Source: Octopus vulgaris (Eukaryota). Taken from it: a DNA stretch of 64,000 bases. The DNA lies in the NCBI GenBank assembly GCA_951406725.2, contig OX597823.1:66526001-66590000 (forward strand). The letters run 5' to 3'. Made by a program: the position numbers and the translations under genes. The notes below the pieces were generated by a model. That model was not told where the DNA came from. It saw only the letters and a list, made by a program, of their open reading frames with translations, and searched no databases. Positions 1-14,401 of the stretch are shown piece after piece. The first letter of the stretch is position 1; each line of letters begins with the position of its first letter.

Positions 1-76
1 TACTAATACATCTATTTGTTGTCTACACCACCTATCTTCGTCTTTTGTTTGTCTGTGAATTCTCCCTCTATGTATA

Positions 77-129
<53 letters not shown>

Positions 130-1140
130 ATTTATTTATTTATATATACAATAAATATATAGAACGCCGAAAAATATTTTAATAGATACAGTTATGGAGA
201 ACTGAAATCTAAGACCGATATCCGATTTTTAAAAAATTCATTTCTGAATGAGCTTGAAATAAACATTTTTTTTTTAAAATTAGTGTGGGGTATGTAGTAA
301 TGCTGCTATAGGTTCACACAGAACATGTTCATAGTTTGCTTTTTTAAACAGCATATATTTATATTGCGTATAGTATCAACAACTTTTATTTTACATCGTT
401 AAAATTCGTTATATTCATTTCATTTTGAGCTGAATTGCAATAAATCTAGCCGAGTGAATTCCAAAACATTCGTTCTTTTAAATTTTTTACGTCACTCTTA
501 GGAGAAACACTCTCAGTTGCCAGGTTTTGTAATCTTTTTCCAAGCTGTTTCTTTTTATATTTTATATTTTTTTGATAGCAGCAATTATTAGGACTGGTAA
601 TTCTGTGAATATCGTCATTGCATAAGCTCCAGGCAACGCCTCTTTTCTCCATTTCCGATTCCATACCCATTTTTCTTTTTCAGTTACGTCCTACTTGCAT
701 ATTTTCTTTCTATTCAAATATTCTTCTCTCAAATCCGTATTTATGGCTGTGGATGTAATGCTGCTGCATTAGGTTTTTGAGAGACTATTTATTATTTCTA
801 ATTTCTAGCCTCTAGAAATATTTACCACTCAAATCTACCCTCGACAAGTTGACGGAAATCGAATTAACATCATAATTACGAAATGCGTTTTTATGTAAGA
901 AGGGAAAGTATCTATTTTCATCATTAGGGAAGGTCGCGCCCGTAACATTTTACAAGGCAATCGAGGGAGGTGGAATGCATCCTCCAGCCAGTGACCTGGC
1001 CTGAGTGCTCGCTACAGTACAAACCCCGATAAAGTTAAACCCGGTAAAGGATTGAAACTAGCATCCAATTAAGCCGCGGGAGTATTTGAGTTTAGAAAGC
1101 AATGACTGCTAAGTATCTGATCTGACGTTCTAACATTTCC

Positions 1141-1330
1141 TATTTCTTTACTACCACTAACGGATTAGGTCGATTACTGGTACTTAATTTATCGATAACT
1201 GGTACTTAATTTATCGACCCCGAAAGGATGAAAGGCAAAGTCTACCTCAGCGAAATTTGAACAGCGGCAGACGAAATACGATTACGCATTTCGCCCGGCG
1301 TGCTAACGTTTCTGCCAGCTCGCCGCCTTA
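1141..1330 (-). mobile_element. SINE family A, internally rearranged, ~18-bp TSD
   Basis: TSD tgacgttc(t/g)aacatttcc at 1123-1140 and 1331-1348. Confidence 0.85.
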
Positions 1331-3769
1331 TGACGTTCGAACATTTCCACTAATAAGTCGCTCAGGGTTGTTACTTTATTTCTACCGAAATAAATTGAAT
1401 TTTAATTCAGTCGCATTTGAACTCGGTGATGAGAGTAAAAACAAGAAGAACGCAGAATTCTGTCCGACCCATTAACAGCTTTGTCAATTAATGAAGGGCG
1501 TGGAGAGAAACGCTACTGCCGTGCTGGAACTCCAATTCATTTTAAGCCCCTGTTGACGATTTTAGTTCACAATTTTGTGTCTCGTGAAAACGCAGCGAGT
1601 TTGATATATTGAGCAGCAACATGAGTTTGTATACGCGTTGTACTACATCATAGAGAGTTAAATGTCGTTACCACAAATTCTCAATGTTACTGAAAATTCA
1701 ATATCGTCCAAAAATTAGACCCATTTATAAATTTTTATTGGAAATGTAATCATTTTCAACCGGTTGAAGACGCAAAGTAATCACGTTTATTGCTCGTTTG
1801 AATAATTTAATGGACGACAAAATCGCTTGATCATTAACTGAACTCCAGTGCACGTTTGCCATTGACTTCTTTGAAGTATGACAATTTGCTCGGTATACAT
1901 TGTTCTGTTATAAATATAGAAACGTCTCAGAAATGTACCAAAAATACATTGGTTTCACATACAAAATGTATGATATTTCTTTTCGCTTACCTAGCATAAG
2001 TAACAATTATACCATATAAGAACCGGACCTATACAAGCAAAATGCAATGTGAAGTTTCTTTGTAATCCTATATTTCTTTTAAAGAATAGGAAGGGAACAC
2101 TTATACAAATTATGATGCGGAGATGGGTTCCTTTGTAGTCGTTAATCATTTTTCGTTGACCTGTCAATGATTTTCATTAGAAATGAGTTATAGAGATTGT
2201 CATGGACAAAATAAAGCAACAAATTTGAAGAAAGCTTCGAAAAGATTTCAGTCACACTTCTTAATTGAACATGACGAGATGAAAAAAGTTTTCTACTTAA
2301 TGGAATATATGAAAGTGTAGAGACAGAGTAATGGAAAGTATTAGCTGTCTACATTTACTTGAAAAGGAGTTACCTAATTAGGTCAGACATTTCAATTCGA
2401 TCACGAAATCTCGACGAAGTGTGGAAAGTACTTTTAATGTTATTTATAAAATAATTCGTGTACTATTTCTTAGAAGAATGAAAGGGAATTTAAAAAGATA
2501 ATGGAAAATGTGGAGATATTGTTTACGAGTTATCGATAAATATATTTACAAATATATCGGTTAATATACTTGCAATTATTGAAATGAAATCAGAATTTGT
2601 AGTATATCAGCTGGCATCACATACACGCTACAGAAACATAAAACAAACTTAATTACAATGATTTTCACAAAGTAGCACAAGGTAAAACATGGCTGTGATC
2701 TATTGACTCCACAAAAGTACATATTTTTGCTATCATTGGGTCAACAGAAAAAAATACAATTATAATTCAGAAGTAACTAGATTAGATACACGAGCTACGA
2801 CAGTCAAACACACGACCAATATTGTTAATCAAATGGCTTCACCATTATTGTACAATTTTCTTAAGTCAAGTGCAAAAGAGAGTTAGCAAGCTGCATTGTA
2901 CTATGTCGTATTGTCCTCTAACTCTACACCATTTTTTTGTTGCATTATGAAAATAAGCGTATCGAAAGCACCTGAGAACAACTTTGGAGTTTTGTGTGTG
3001 ATGATGTAGCACACATTCTAATGTTTTATGTAAAACTTTTCACAACTTTGCTTCGTGTTTTTATCGAGATTTTGTAGCAACAGCAATAATTCTAATAGTT
3101 GAATCAATTATTTGGAACAAGGCCAAACAGGAGTGGGTAATCGATTGCATCAACCGCAATATTGGACTGGTAACTTATCATATTGACCCCGACGGGATGA
3201 AAGGCAAAGCTGTTCTCAGGGGAATTGAAACCCACAACATGAAGATCCGGAAGAAATGCCGCAATGCTTTTTGTCTGACACTTTAACAATGATGCCAATC
3301 CGCCGACTTTCTAACACAGATACAAGGTCAGAAATTCGAGAGATGTTTGGCGATTAGAGAGTTTCCAGTATTTATCCGGTACATTACTTATCGACCACAA
3401 AATAGTCAGAGGCAAACCTTTGTTTCATCGGGATTTGAAGACAATAAAATATTCTTGAAAAAAACAGCATATTTGTGTCACTTTTCAATTTTCTACTAAA
3501 TAAAATTCTTAAATTCTTAATTTTGCCAATTTTGCCAATTCTGTATTTGCCAAAAAGGCTCATATTACAGATGAATTAAACTTTAAAACAGAGATTATAC
3601 AAATGTTGAGATGTATACGACAACGTTATAGATAACCAAAGAGGTCACAAATTCATACAATGAACATATTAAAAAATTCAGTTAGGATAAAAAAAAAAAA
3701 GGGCAGAACAAATATTTTGACAAAAATGAAACAATGAAAATACACAGCCGTGAGAAGTGACTAATACGG

Positions 3770-4900
3770 TGATGCTTAATTTTTCAATGATTCTACCCAG
3801 CTGATCATCGTTTTATAGAATCACGATATACTCCAAGCTGTTCGTGACCACTTTTGACGCTATGCTTAAAAGTACCCAGTATCTTCTGATTTTTTTTCTG
3901 TTTGATATTTTGATAAAGCATTGGCCTTATTTTAAGTAGCGACATATCTCTTGCCTGCCTTTTGTAAAGAATGTACCATTCACAGAGGCCTAACTCTGTT
4001 CAAAAAGTTTATTGCTTAATCTCATTCTGTGACTATATTTTCACCTCATGTAGAATCTTCTCTGTGTAATTAATATACATTCTAGTCTCGCTCATGGACC
4101 CTTTCCCTGCTTTTTTTCCATTTCATTATTTTTCCAGAGGTTTACCTATCCATTCTAGACTTTGCCCGATTCTCCATCCTTACAATTCAGTGTCATGCTG
4201 CTGCTAGTAAGGGAAGAGAGGATGGTCTTAGATATCACCCTTTTTCTGCAATCGAATCTGAAACGCTTTGCACCCGCCGCAAACGTTTGCTTTCATTGAT
4301 GCTGGTTCTGTTGTTGTTCGTTATTCTCTAACGTTCTCTGCAGAGAAACAGCAAGTTGTCATGGAATTATTGTTGCAGCAAGCATATTGGCTAAGCTTTC
4401 TTCCATGTACCGACAATCTGATATTCATTAGATTTCTACACCTACAGCAAGCAGCATAATGAGATTTTTATCCGTGTTCATTTCTCTTCAAGACATTTTT
4501 TATCACCTCGGCATATAAAATCTGCCCATATTGCAGAACAAACAGCCATTTTCCAATAGATCTACCACTGCTTCTCAATTACGCAGTTGTATTGCACTTC
4601 CCCGTGTACTGTATTTATGTGTAGAAATCTATGTTGGGAGGCTGAGTTCTCGTCCAATTTCAGCTCGAAACTTTGCTTCGCTCTGAGAGATGAGGTAGAC
4701 ACTATTATATGACTTATTTCGGATGATAATTACTTCATTACAAAATACGGTAACGGTACTCTTAAATTCGACGATTGATGGAATATACAAAGCATCCTTT
4801 CTCTTGTTGAGAAGAAGATTTATGTTAGCTTTCTCTTGCACAAACCCCTCGAGTATGAAATCATATTGATTTTTAACCTATTGATGCCAAACATTTTACT
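3770..4900 (-). pseudogene. Possible heavily decayed GVIN1/URGCP-like (very large inducible GTPase) C-terminal remnant
   Basis: Across frames: CGGCKA...DHPLFP..., YILYKKAGKRY..., RYW..., HEQLGVY...AG*. The order resembles the GVIN C-terminus as recalled (C-x-FCKA...DH...Y--YRKAG--YA-W...YW...W). Many stops; unverified. Confidence 0.3.
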
Positions 4901-5844
4901 CTTCATTTTCTTATCAGAAGCGTTATGTTTAAATCAGTTTATTGTCGCTTACTGTTAAGATAATCATTATAACTACACTCATGTCCATATTTATAAAAAG
5001 AGAAGTCATTATTTTTTCAATGAAATTGCCTATCTTACTACAAAGTATTCTTGTTCAAATTTATGTATTCTGCATCGAGTCCCAAATCTACAAGGACAGC
5101 CTTAGCTTCATGAAACGAAAAATAAAATTAAAGTCTAATTAAAATTATTCCCAGTTCACTGTAACAATGTATGAGACTAGGAGATTTTGTGTGAATTTTT
5201 GAAAATAATATTCGTACCAATATTTTTCAGTAATGTGTCCAAGTAACTGCGTAAATTATCTCCTTTCCTATCATAGAAGACCAGACTTAATTTTATACAT
5301 TCAAACTCTAAGCGGTATTCACAAACTTACATATCGACATGCTCAGCTATCTAACGATGTATTTGACACTTATTTTCCTTGACTAGCTTCTTTCAGTTTC
5401 TGCTTTAAGAGACTGGCTCTATTTCTACAGACTTTATAAATGGGTCTGTTTCTCCTTGTTTAACTAGCATTTTTCAAACCATCGTTCTTTTCTCAAAATT
5501 CTTTCTCTAAATTTTCCTTTTTATTTACATTTTGTATACTTATCTGTGTGTCATTCAATTCTTTCTTCTCTCTCACCGACTTCTCTTAAAAGTTCAAAAA
5601 TTATAGTATTCATTATTCTTGTCGCTAGTCACGAAATCTATTTGCCTCACCGAGGACCTGGATCAGTTATTGATTAAGTCCGCACAATTATAATAGTTGC
5701 ATATATTTTGTAGGGAATGGAAGAATCATAGCTCTTGCAGTTACAGAACAGGTGTCCACGGATAATTTGTGGGGATGAAACAAACTGCAATAAGTGTTTC
5801 AATCAGGTATTCTACTATTGAAAATTAACATCATCGGAACTAAT

Positions 5845-6040
5845 AAATGTTTCAAATTTTGGCACAAGGCCGGCGGTTTCGTGGAAGTGGGATAAGTCGA
5901 TTACATAGACCCTGATGCTCAACTGGTACTTATTTTCATCGACTCTGAAAGAAAGAACGCACAGTCGGCATCGGTGGAATTTGAACTTAGAACCTATGCT
6001 GGGCATCTTTCCAGGCGTACTAACGATTCTTCCAGCTCCC
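5845..6040 (-). mobile_element. Degenerate SINE family A (tail type 3)
   Basis: ttcaaattttggcacaaggcc...aagtcgattacatagaccc...actggtactt. Further degenerate copies lie near 3110-3305, 11150-11340, 38430-38790 and 63255-63395. Confidence 0.7.
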
Positions 6041-6062
6041 TACCCTACTCTCTCTCCTCATT

Positions 6063-6493
6063 CTTTTACTCTTTTACTTGTTTCCTTGTTTCAGTCATTT
6101 GACTGCGGCCATGCTGGAGCACCGCCTTTAATCGAGCAACTCGACCCCGGGACTTATTCTTTTGTAAGCCCAGTACTTATTCTATCGGTCTCTTTTGCCG
6201 AACCGCTAGGTAACGGGGACAAAAACACACCAGCATCAGTTGTCAAGCAACGCTAGGGGAACAAACACAGACACACAAACACACACACGCATATATATAT
6301 ATACATATATACGACGGGCTTCTTTCAGTTTCCGTCTACCAAATCCACTCACAAGGCTTTGGACGGCCCGAGGCTATAGTAGAAGAAACTTGCCCAAGGT
6401 GCCACGCAGTTGGACTGAACCCGGAACCCAGAACCATGTGGTTGGTAAACAAGCTACTTACAAGCTACTTATCACACAACCACTCCTGGGCCT
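6063..6493 (-). mobile_element. SINE family B: tRNA head, CORE-like GCACCTTGGGCAAGT, internal TA/TG microsatellite, (AGTAAAAG) tail; resembles octopus OR-type SINEs
   Basis: Near-identical to several other copies in the window. The family name is an inference. Confidence 0.85.
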
Positions 6494-8962
6494 ACCCTGT
6501 AGTAATATATGCGGACTGGTTCTGAAATAGTACACCGTGGCGAACTAGTACATCACGAAAGGTTGCCTTCATTCCACCAATTGTTAGAAATATAATGCTA
6601 AGCCATAGAAGATCCATTCTAATGGTTGCGTTGTCATGAAATATATATCATTTTTAATTTCGTATAATTAATTGAACAATATGAGCAATAGTTTTCTCCA
6701 CTATTTTCTAAAGTTTGGTTTATTTTTATATACTATAATAGAGTTTATTTTTTACCGTTCCATATGAAGCGCGCCTGAATTTTTTGTTTATATTCAGGTC
6801 ACCACGACAACATGCACGCACATACACACAAGCAAAAACACACACAGATATACATACGTGCTGGCGCATATACACACACACGCACACACACACACAAAGA
6901 GAATAGATTAAGAAGCAGTATATTAGAATTTAGATGTCGCTTTTTATACTTCATTCAAATTTTTACGGTGTCGTCTCTGTTCTTCGCCTTGCCTGGATCG
7001 ATATATTAAACTCAACACGTACGTACTTCTATTTTATTGAACCGATATCCAACACGGCAACAAACTTATGGTCCGTTACAAATATAAGAAATCAATATTT
7101 AGTTTCGATGTTATCTCTAAATTATTTATTTATATATTGGCTGCTTGTTGTACCTCAGAAGTCACTAACAACCTGACAGATTATAAAATTATTTATGGAA
7201 CATTAATGCCCAACATCGCTTATTTATTAGCTTTTTTATATTATCTATCAACACAATCAATTCTGTGTTAGATTTCGTTTTTTTTAAATAGCAATTGTCT
7301 ATAAGATGATTCATCATTTCATTACGTTTCTCGTGTAAGGATTTTAAGTCTCGTGGTAAAATATTTCGATGTATTTACAATTTATTTTTATAGAAAAATG
7401 AATTGGGCATATGTCACTCAAAATACTTTATTCTATTTTAGTATCATTTCGATTAGATTTAAAATACACAAAATGTAAACTAGAAATTAAATAAAGCAGT
7501 GTTCCACGATAGGAAGCACCATGAAATTTAATTTACTTCCACCGATTGCACTTGTAGAACTTAAATTTTAGTTCGTGTTAAGTTCATCAAATGTCTTCTT
7601 TTATGATTCCTTTATAATTGTCAATTTCCTTATCCTGAAGTAAATAAAATAGTCGGAGTGTCATATTATTAACTAAATATTAACTATAACTTCGATGCGA
7701 TAATATTAACTAAAGATCTTTTTGAAAAAAAAACATGAAACGATTTAGTTCAACTTTTTCATTGATACTTTGTTTCTGAACTTCTCTTGATGTGTCTTTC
7801 CTTCTTACAAAATATATCTCTAACCACATCTCTTACTAATCTATTCTGCTCATCAAAGAACACATTTTTCTTTTCCATTTTGATCCATTTCACATTATTC
7901 TGTCGATTTTCAGTGTCTCCTCCTTATTTTCATTTTTTTCTCTTTGTGCTTCCGCATGGTTTCACTTTCGTATCGAATTTTCTTTATGATTGCATATCTC
8001 CGTATTTTTCTCTCACTTCGTATACTCTAACGTCTTCATATTTTATTTAATCCAACTCTCTTATTCACCCTCTTCTTTTTCGCGAGCATTCACAGTTGTC
8101 CAGCTTCTCCCTCTTTATTCACAATTACATACAGAACCCTCATATATTGAAGGTCTCACTTAAACTTCTGTACATGTAGTCATTCACATTTTCAAAGTAT
8201 GCAAGTATATATATATTGAAGTGTTTGTATGCATGCATATATTTTTGTATGTATATATGTGTGTGAGCATATGTAAGGCATCTATATGCATATATACACG
8301 TGTGTGTAAACACGTATATTTATGTAAACGTCACGGACAGAGGGTCGTTGAAGTGGCAGCCAACCGTACATTGTCTTGTTGAATCTGCTATCACTATCAT
8401 GAGTCTAACTTGGTTGATGAGTCTATACCAAGATTTCTCTCCAGAGACATTAATCTAAGACTAATGTCTTGTATGTTGGTGTTTTTTCAATACCGCCTGC
8501 TTAAGTTACTTTTCGTCAGCTAAATAATACTACCAGCATTAGGTATATTAACACTAACTTATCTATTGTTTTTAATGCGAATGACATTTAAGAGAGATCT
8601 CAAGAGAGTAGTTTTGTTAGACGTTTCAAACAGTTCTTTTATCCTCAGTTATTAGCTGGGGAGCAATATTCATTCAAAGATGAATTATTCACTGCCAAAA
8701 TAAGTTTATTTGCTCTGTATAAGCTTCTGTATCCCATAAATACGCATGCTGATCACGATATTAGTAAAATAATCAGAATTTGGAATGCAGTGAAATTACT
8801 ATACCGTTATGCTTCCATAGGTTTCTTGGATATAAGAGCCTTAAGATGAAAAATACCTTTTTCTTTTTCCTTCTAGCTATTCAATTAAATGATTGTAGAA
8901 TTACAAATAAACAACTTCATTCGTAGCAATAATAATAATAATAACGAAAGTATATAAATATG

Positions 8963-9029
<67 letters not shown>

Positions 9030-9271
9030 ATATATATATGTATATTTGTGTATATATATATATATACACACACACACACAACGTATGAATATATACACCA
9101 TGTTATGTTATATATACATACTTAAACATATATGACATGATATGCTATATATATATATATATATATATTGTATATGTACATACATATTCATAAACACACA
9201 CACACTCATGGATACAGAAGGTCACGCACACACATATTTTGTATATACACACACACACACAAACACATACA

Positions 9272-9329
<58 letters not shown>

Positions 9330-10069
9330 ATAGGGGGATGAGAGAGATGGGGAGATGAAATGGAATCGAAGACCGAGATACTTAGAGAGATAGAAGGGTT
9401 GGAAATTAATATGACCATCGGTTGAACTGAACTGTAAGAAAATTTGATTTTGTGCGAGAACAATATCGATAAGATGATAAAACCTTTCTCGTAAAGTCTT
9501 AATATAAAGAAGCGGCTTGTAAAACTTCAAACGAGTAAGATAATTAAATAAACAAAGAAAAGAAAACGAGTTAGGAATAAAGACGGACAGAGGGAATAGA
9601 AAGAGAATGTTGAAATATATTTTTATTTATTCATTTATATATTTATTATTTAATGTTAAGAGAATCTAAACCGTCCGTAGTATTTTCAGGCATTCTTAGA
9701 ATGAAAGATAGGAATAACTGCTCGAGGTTAATGCGGTTAACATTCAATTTGAACTTTAAGATTGTAGGAGATAGCTAAGAAAATATATTTCCAGGATAAA
9801 AGCGATATATAGTTATTTAGTTTCTTACGTTTCGGCTTTGAGATTCAATATCTGCTAGTATCGACATTTATTGTCATTACTGTTGTGTGCGTTATATATG
9901 TGTATTATATATATATGTATGTGTGTGTGTGAGTGCGAGTGTGTGCGTCTGTGTGCGCAAAGACACACAAACACACACACACATACATATAGAAATATAT
10001 ATATATATATATATATATATACACTCAAGCATATATATATGTATGTATATGCATGTTTAGATATATATT

Positions 10070-10250
10070 TTTTTCTCCGTGTTCCCTTCCTTGGATCTTT
10101 CCTCTTCCTATGTTTCTGACGAAGAGCTCAGCTCGAAACGTTAAATCCTCCTTCTTTCTTCCCTTTTCTGGGCGTCTAATAGCACTATACTTGTTCCACG
10201 TGCTCACGTTGTTGTGTTTCTCTTTGTATTTTCATGTTTGGATTAACTTC
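10070..10250 (+). mobile_element. Penelope-like terminal fragment with minimal hammerhead-like motif
   Basis: CTGACGA-A-GAGC(TCA)GCTC-GAAACGTT at 10116-10142, embedded in (AT)n. Confidence 0.5.
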
Positions 10251-11535
10251 ATATATATATAGATATATATATATATATATATATAGCCAATTGTGGCTAC
10301 TTTTCTTCTTGCTACTCTTCTTCTTGTCTAAATCCGAAGTCAATCATGACCGAGCAGTCCTATATTCGAATTCGAAATCATGTCAATCATAAATATCATG
10401 CATATTTTTTTTTAATATGTTTTAGGTTATGTCTTGCTTATAATACATTGTATAGTGTGTGCTTACTACTTTTAGTATAGTAAGGTGTAGTTTAAGAGAG
10501 ACAGGGCGGCTGCGTAAACACTTTCTAATCTTAAATCGTTCCTCTATCTCTTCACAGGAGATTTTGTGATTAAAATAGAAATAAATATTTACTTTTCGAT
10601 GACGTTTATTAAGAGCAACACTCGAATCTCCATGTAACTACAAGGAATAAAATGCATGCTTCTGTTCCTGAGGAGAGTCAATTTGACATATAGTATTAAA
10701 ACAAGAAGACATGAAAATGTGGACGATTGAAAGAACACTCCTCTCTTAAAATAAGCAAACCCTTTAAACCTGATCAAATATTAACGGATAATATATGAAA
10801 ATTTATACAAGAAAAATGATTGGAGAAAAGATAGGTTATCTTCGGTGTTGAGACAGATTTTTCATCCAAGAAATTCCAACAGAGGCCATTCGTTAATTTT
10901 ATTCAGATAGAAATTATCTACGACTACATAATCCAATGTATATTGATATTTTGAAAATGATAGGAGTGACATAGGGATTATCTGTTGTTTCTAGCAGTTC
11001 GTAAGACCAGATAGAAGTTCTCAGGTTGCTTACGTAGAGCAGGAGACAGATGATTCGCAGTGAGGTAGCTAATAAAATTATTCAGTGGGTTTAGTATCAA
11101 TACACTAGTGTTTGCATGATCTCTTCTCCACTACAACAGTAAGGAAAAAACAAATTTTGGCACCAAGCCACTAATTTCGTGAAGATGTATAACGCGATTT
11201 ACATGAGCCCCCTGTTAAGCTGGTACTTCAATGGATAAGAGGCAAAGTCAACATCTGCGAAATTTGAACCCAAAATGTAAAGACAGACAAAATGCCGTTA
11301 AGCATTTTACTCGACCTGCAAACGGTTCTTTCAGCTCACCAGGAGGAAGAGGAAGGAGAGAAGGAGTGTTCTAAGCACTTTTAAGACTGCTAAAAGCTTG
11401 TGGACACCTAAGGCTACAAGTATTAACCCGCTACCTACATAAATCCTACCAGGAATAAGATCGAACCTGAGCCAAACCAAAATACTAATACTAATACTGC
11501 TACTGCTCTACTACTAATACTACTACTACAACAAC

Positions 11536-11620
<85 letters not shown>

Positions 11621-11729
11621 AAGAAGAAGAAGAAGAAGAAGAAGAAGAAGAAGAAGAAGAAGAAGAAGAAGAAGAAGAATGATAATAATAGTAATAATAA
11701 TAACAGCTCTGGGCTAAATAAATGCTAAA

Positions 11730-12460
11730 AACTATCAGAGGCTAACGTTCTTCAAAACAGTTCTCAGCCTAAATGCAGATTTTGCGACACATTTGACGAG
11801 ACAATAGACCATCTCTTCTGGAGAAATCCTGTGCCAACACTAAACAAATACAACAATCACCACGACAAGATAGGACAGTATTTACATTGGAAAATACGTA
11901 AACACTACAAATTCAGCACTCCTACTTACTGGTATGAACATCATCCTAAGTTAGTTGTTGAAGGTAAAACTGTCTCTATCTCTGGGATTTTTCAATCAAC
12001 GCGAGCAGAACGATCCAGGCTAATCGACCAGACAAAGTCATTAAGGACAGAGAAGATGTAGGTATTCCCACTGAAAAAACATATATGTAAAGGTATTTGA
12101 GAAAATAAATAGAAGGACCTGTAAATTGAAATACAAAAGATGTGGCATCTTAAAGCAAAAACTGTTCCTGTTATTATAGGTACCCTACGTATGATAAAAA
12201 AAGAGTAGATGTTAGGAACATCTAGATAACATTCCAGGAGAACCTTGTCCCAGAGTAATCCAAAAGATTGTGCTAACAAGTACAGACCACATTCTTAGAA
12301 ATACCCTATCAATTTAAATGTCAGTGTTGTATTACATGAAGATATTTCACTACTGCCCCTGCCACTTCCCCTCCCCAAGATTTCAGTCACACAGTAACAT
12401 TCCGTATCCTTCACTCGCCCTAGGATGCTGGGTGTAACTCGGAGAGTGATTATAGCAAAC
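11730..12460 (+). mobile_element. Older degenerate R4/Dong-like RLE fragment
   Basis: Remnants PKCRFCDTFDETIDH, HHDKIGQYLHWKI, WYEHHP, K(T)VPVIIGTL; adjacent to AAT/AAG arrays. Confidence 0.75.
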
Positions 12461-12561
12461 ATGCAGATTGAAAGTAAATAGAATGATAATGATAGTGATA
12501 ATAATATTTTTAATTATTGTTATTATCATTATTATTATTATTAATATTATTAATATTAGTA

Positions 12562-12632
<71 letters not shown>

Positions 12633-12724
12633 TACTTTTATTCTGCATGTCTGTTACAATTACGTGCAGAATCACCTGATGGCTGTGGACAGCTGACACT
12701 TCCAATCATACGCAGTCAAATAAG

Positions 12725-13670
12725 TTTCAGCACATGAAAAGAAGAAAGCATCATACTCGGTAACAAAACAGACAAGGGAATATATAAGTGAATTCCAAAT
12801 ACAAATTCCAGAATTTGACGTACTAGAAATAAGCAGAGAAACAGCTAAGCGTATGAAAACCTGTGCTAAAACTGCTGCCTCAGATATTGTTACAAATAAA
12901 TGGCAAGAAAAACCTCTCAATAGAAAATACCCAAAGACAGCTAATAATGCCGATGTTGACAAAGCTCTTACCCTTCAATAGCTAATGGCTTCTGGCTTAA
13001 AATCAGAAACAGAAGGTTGTATCATAGCAGCCCAAGATCAATGCTTACCTACAAGAATCTACCAGTCCAACGTATCTTCCCAACATGTTGTGTATATCAA
13101 CAACAAAATGAAACCATTGATCATGTCTCTTTGTGCAGTCTTCTTGTGCCTACAGAGTATCTCAATAGGCATGGTCGAGCTGCACAACATATTCACGGGG
13201 TAATTTGCAAAAACCTGGATCTGCCCCATGATAAAAACTGCTGGGAACATAAACCACCTCCAGTGATTGAAAATGACCACATCTCACTCCTCTGGAACTT
13301 CACCATACAAACTGACAGAAAGATATATGCAAATAGGCCAGACATTATATGGAAAGACCTTAGACAAAAATCATGCCTCCTAATGGATATGACTGCCCCT
13401 ATCGATATAAACGTATCTGTCAAGACCTACCAAAAACTGAGTAAGCATAAAGATCTTCAAATAGAAATTAGCAAAATGTGGAACCTGAAGACTAAAACAA
13501 TACCTGTTATCATAGGTGCCCTTGAAATGATAGCAAAAGGGGCTTGTTGCTACGTAGCTCAGATACTAGGAAACCCCAAAATGGCAGAAATTCAAAGGAT
13601 AGTGTTGATGGGAACTACCCATATCCTACGTAAAATACTGTCTGTGTAATCTCTAATTTTAAAACAAACA
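12725..13670 (+). mobile_element. Degenerate 3' part of an R4/Dong-like (RLE-type) non-LTR retrotransposon ending in (AAT)n
   Basis: Translates (with frameshifts and stops) to WQEKPL...GLKSETEGCIIAAQDQ...ETIDHV..C...EYLNRH...LWNFTIQTDRKIYANRPDII...LLMDMT...KLSKHKDLQIEI, i.e. CCHC plus PD-(D/E)xK endonuclease. Followed by (AAT)n. Confidence 0.85.
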
Positions 13671-13672
13671 TA

Positions 13673-13756
<84 letters not shown>

Positions 13757-13767
13757 GAAGAAGAAGA

Positions 13768-14401
13768 AGAAGGAATATATTCACAGACATGACAGAGTTG
13801 GACAGAGTTGGACAGAGTTGGACAGACTTGGAACTTACATACATTGGAAGCTATGCCAACATTATGGAATAACAACAGAAAAAAGATGGTATAGGCACAC
13901 ACCAGAAAAGGTCACAGAAAACGAGAAAGCAACCATACTCTGGGATATGCCGATACACACAGATAGAGAAATTAAGGCCAACAGACCAGATATAGTTGTC
14001 AGAGACCATGAAGAAAAAAAAATGCTTTCTAATTGATGTATCAGTACCGGCAGATGACAACGTGTCTCTAAAAGAAATGGAGAAACTCTCAAAATACAAA
14101 GACCTGGAAATAGAGGTAACTAGAATGTGGAATCTGAAAACAGAAACAATTCCTATCATAGTAGGTGCATTAGGCATGATAAAAAAATATTCAGACAAAT
14201 ACATAACAAAAACACCAGGACTTACAAACACATATAACATACAGAAAATTGCACTACTGGGCACTGCACACATCCTACGCAGAACACTTTCCATACAATA
14301 ACCATCAGAGCATCACAACAAATCACAGCACATACCCAAGGCACACAGAGCTGTGCTCGGTAGTGAAGTGAAAGCACGCTATAAAAATAAAAATAAAACT
14401 A

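Noticed and set aside
5915-6530. ORFs with RRASFSFRLPNPLTRLW-type peptides recurring at 53549, 54182 and 59798
   Set aside because: Translations of SINE family B copies.
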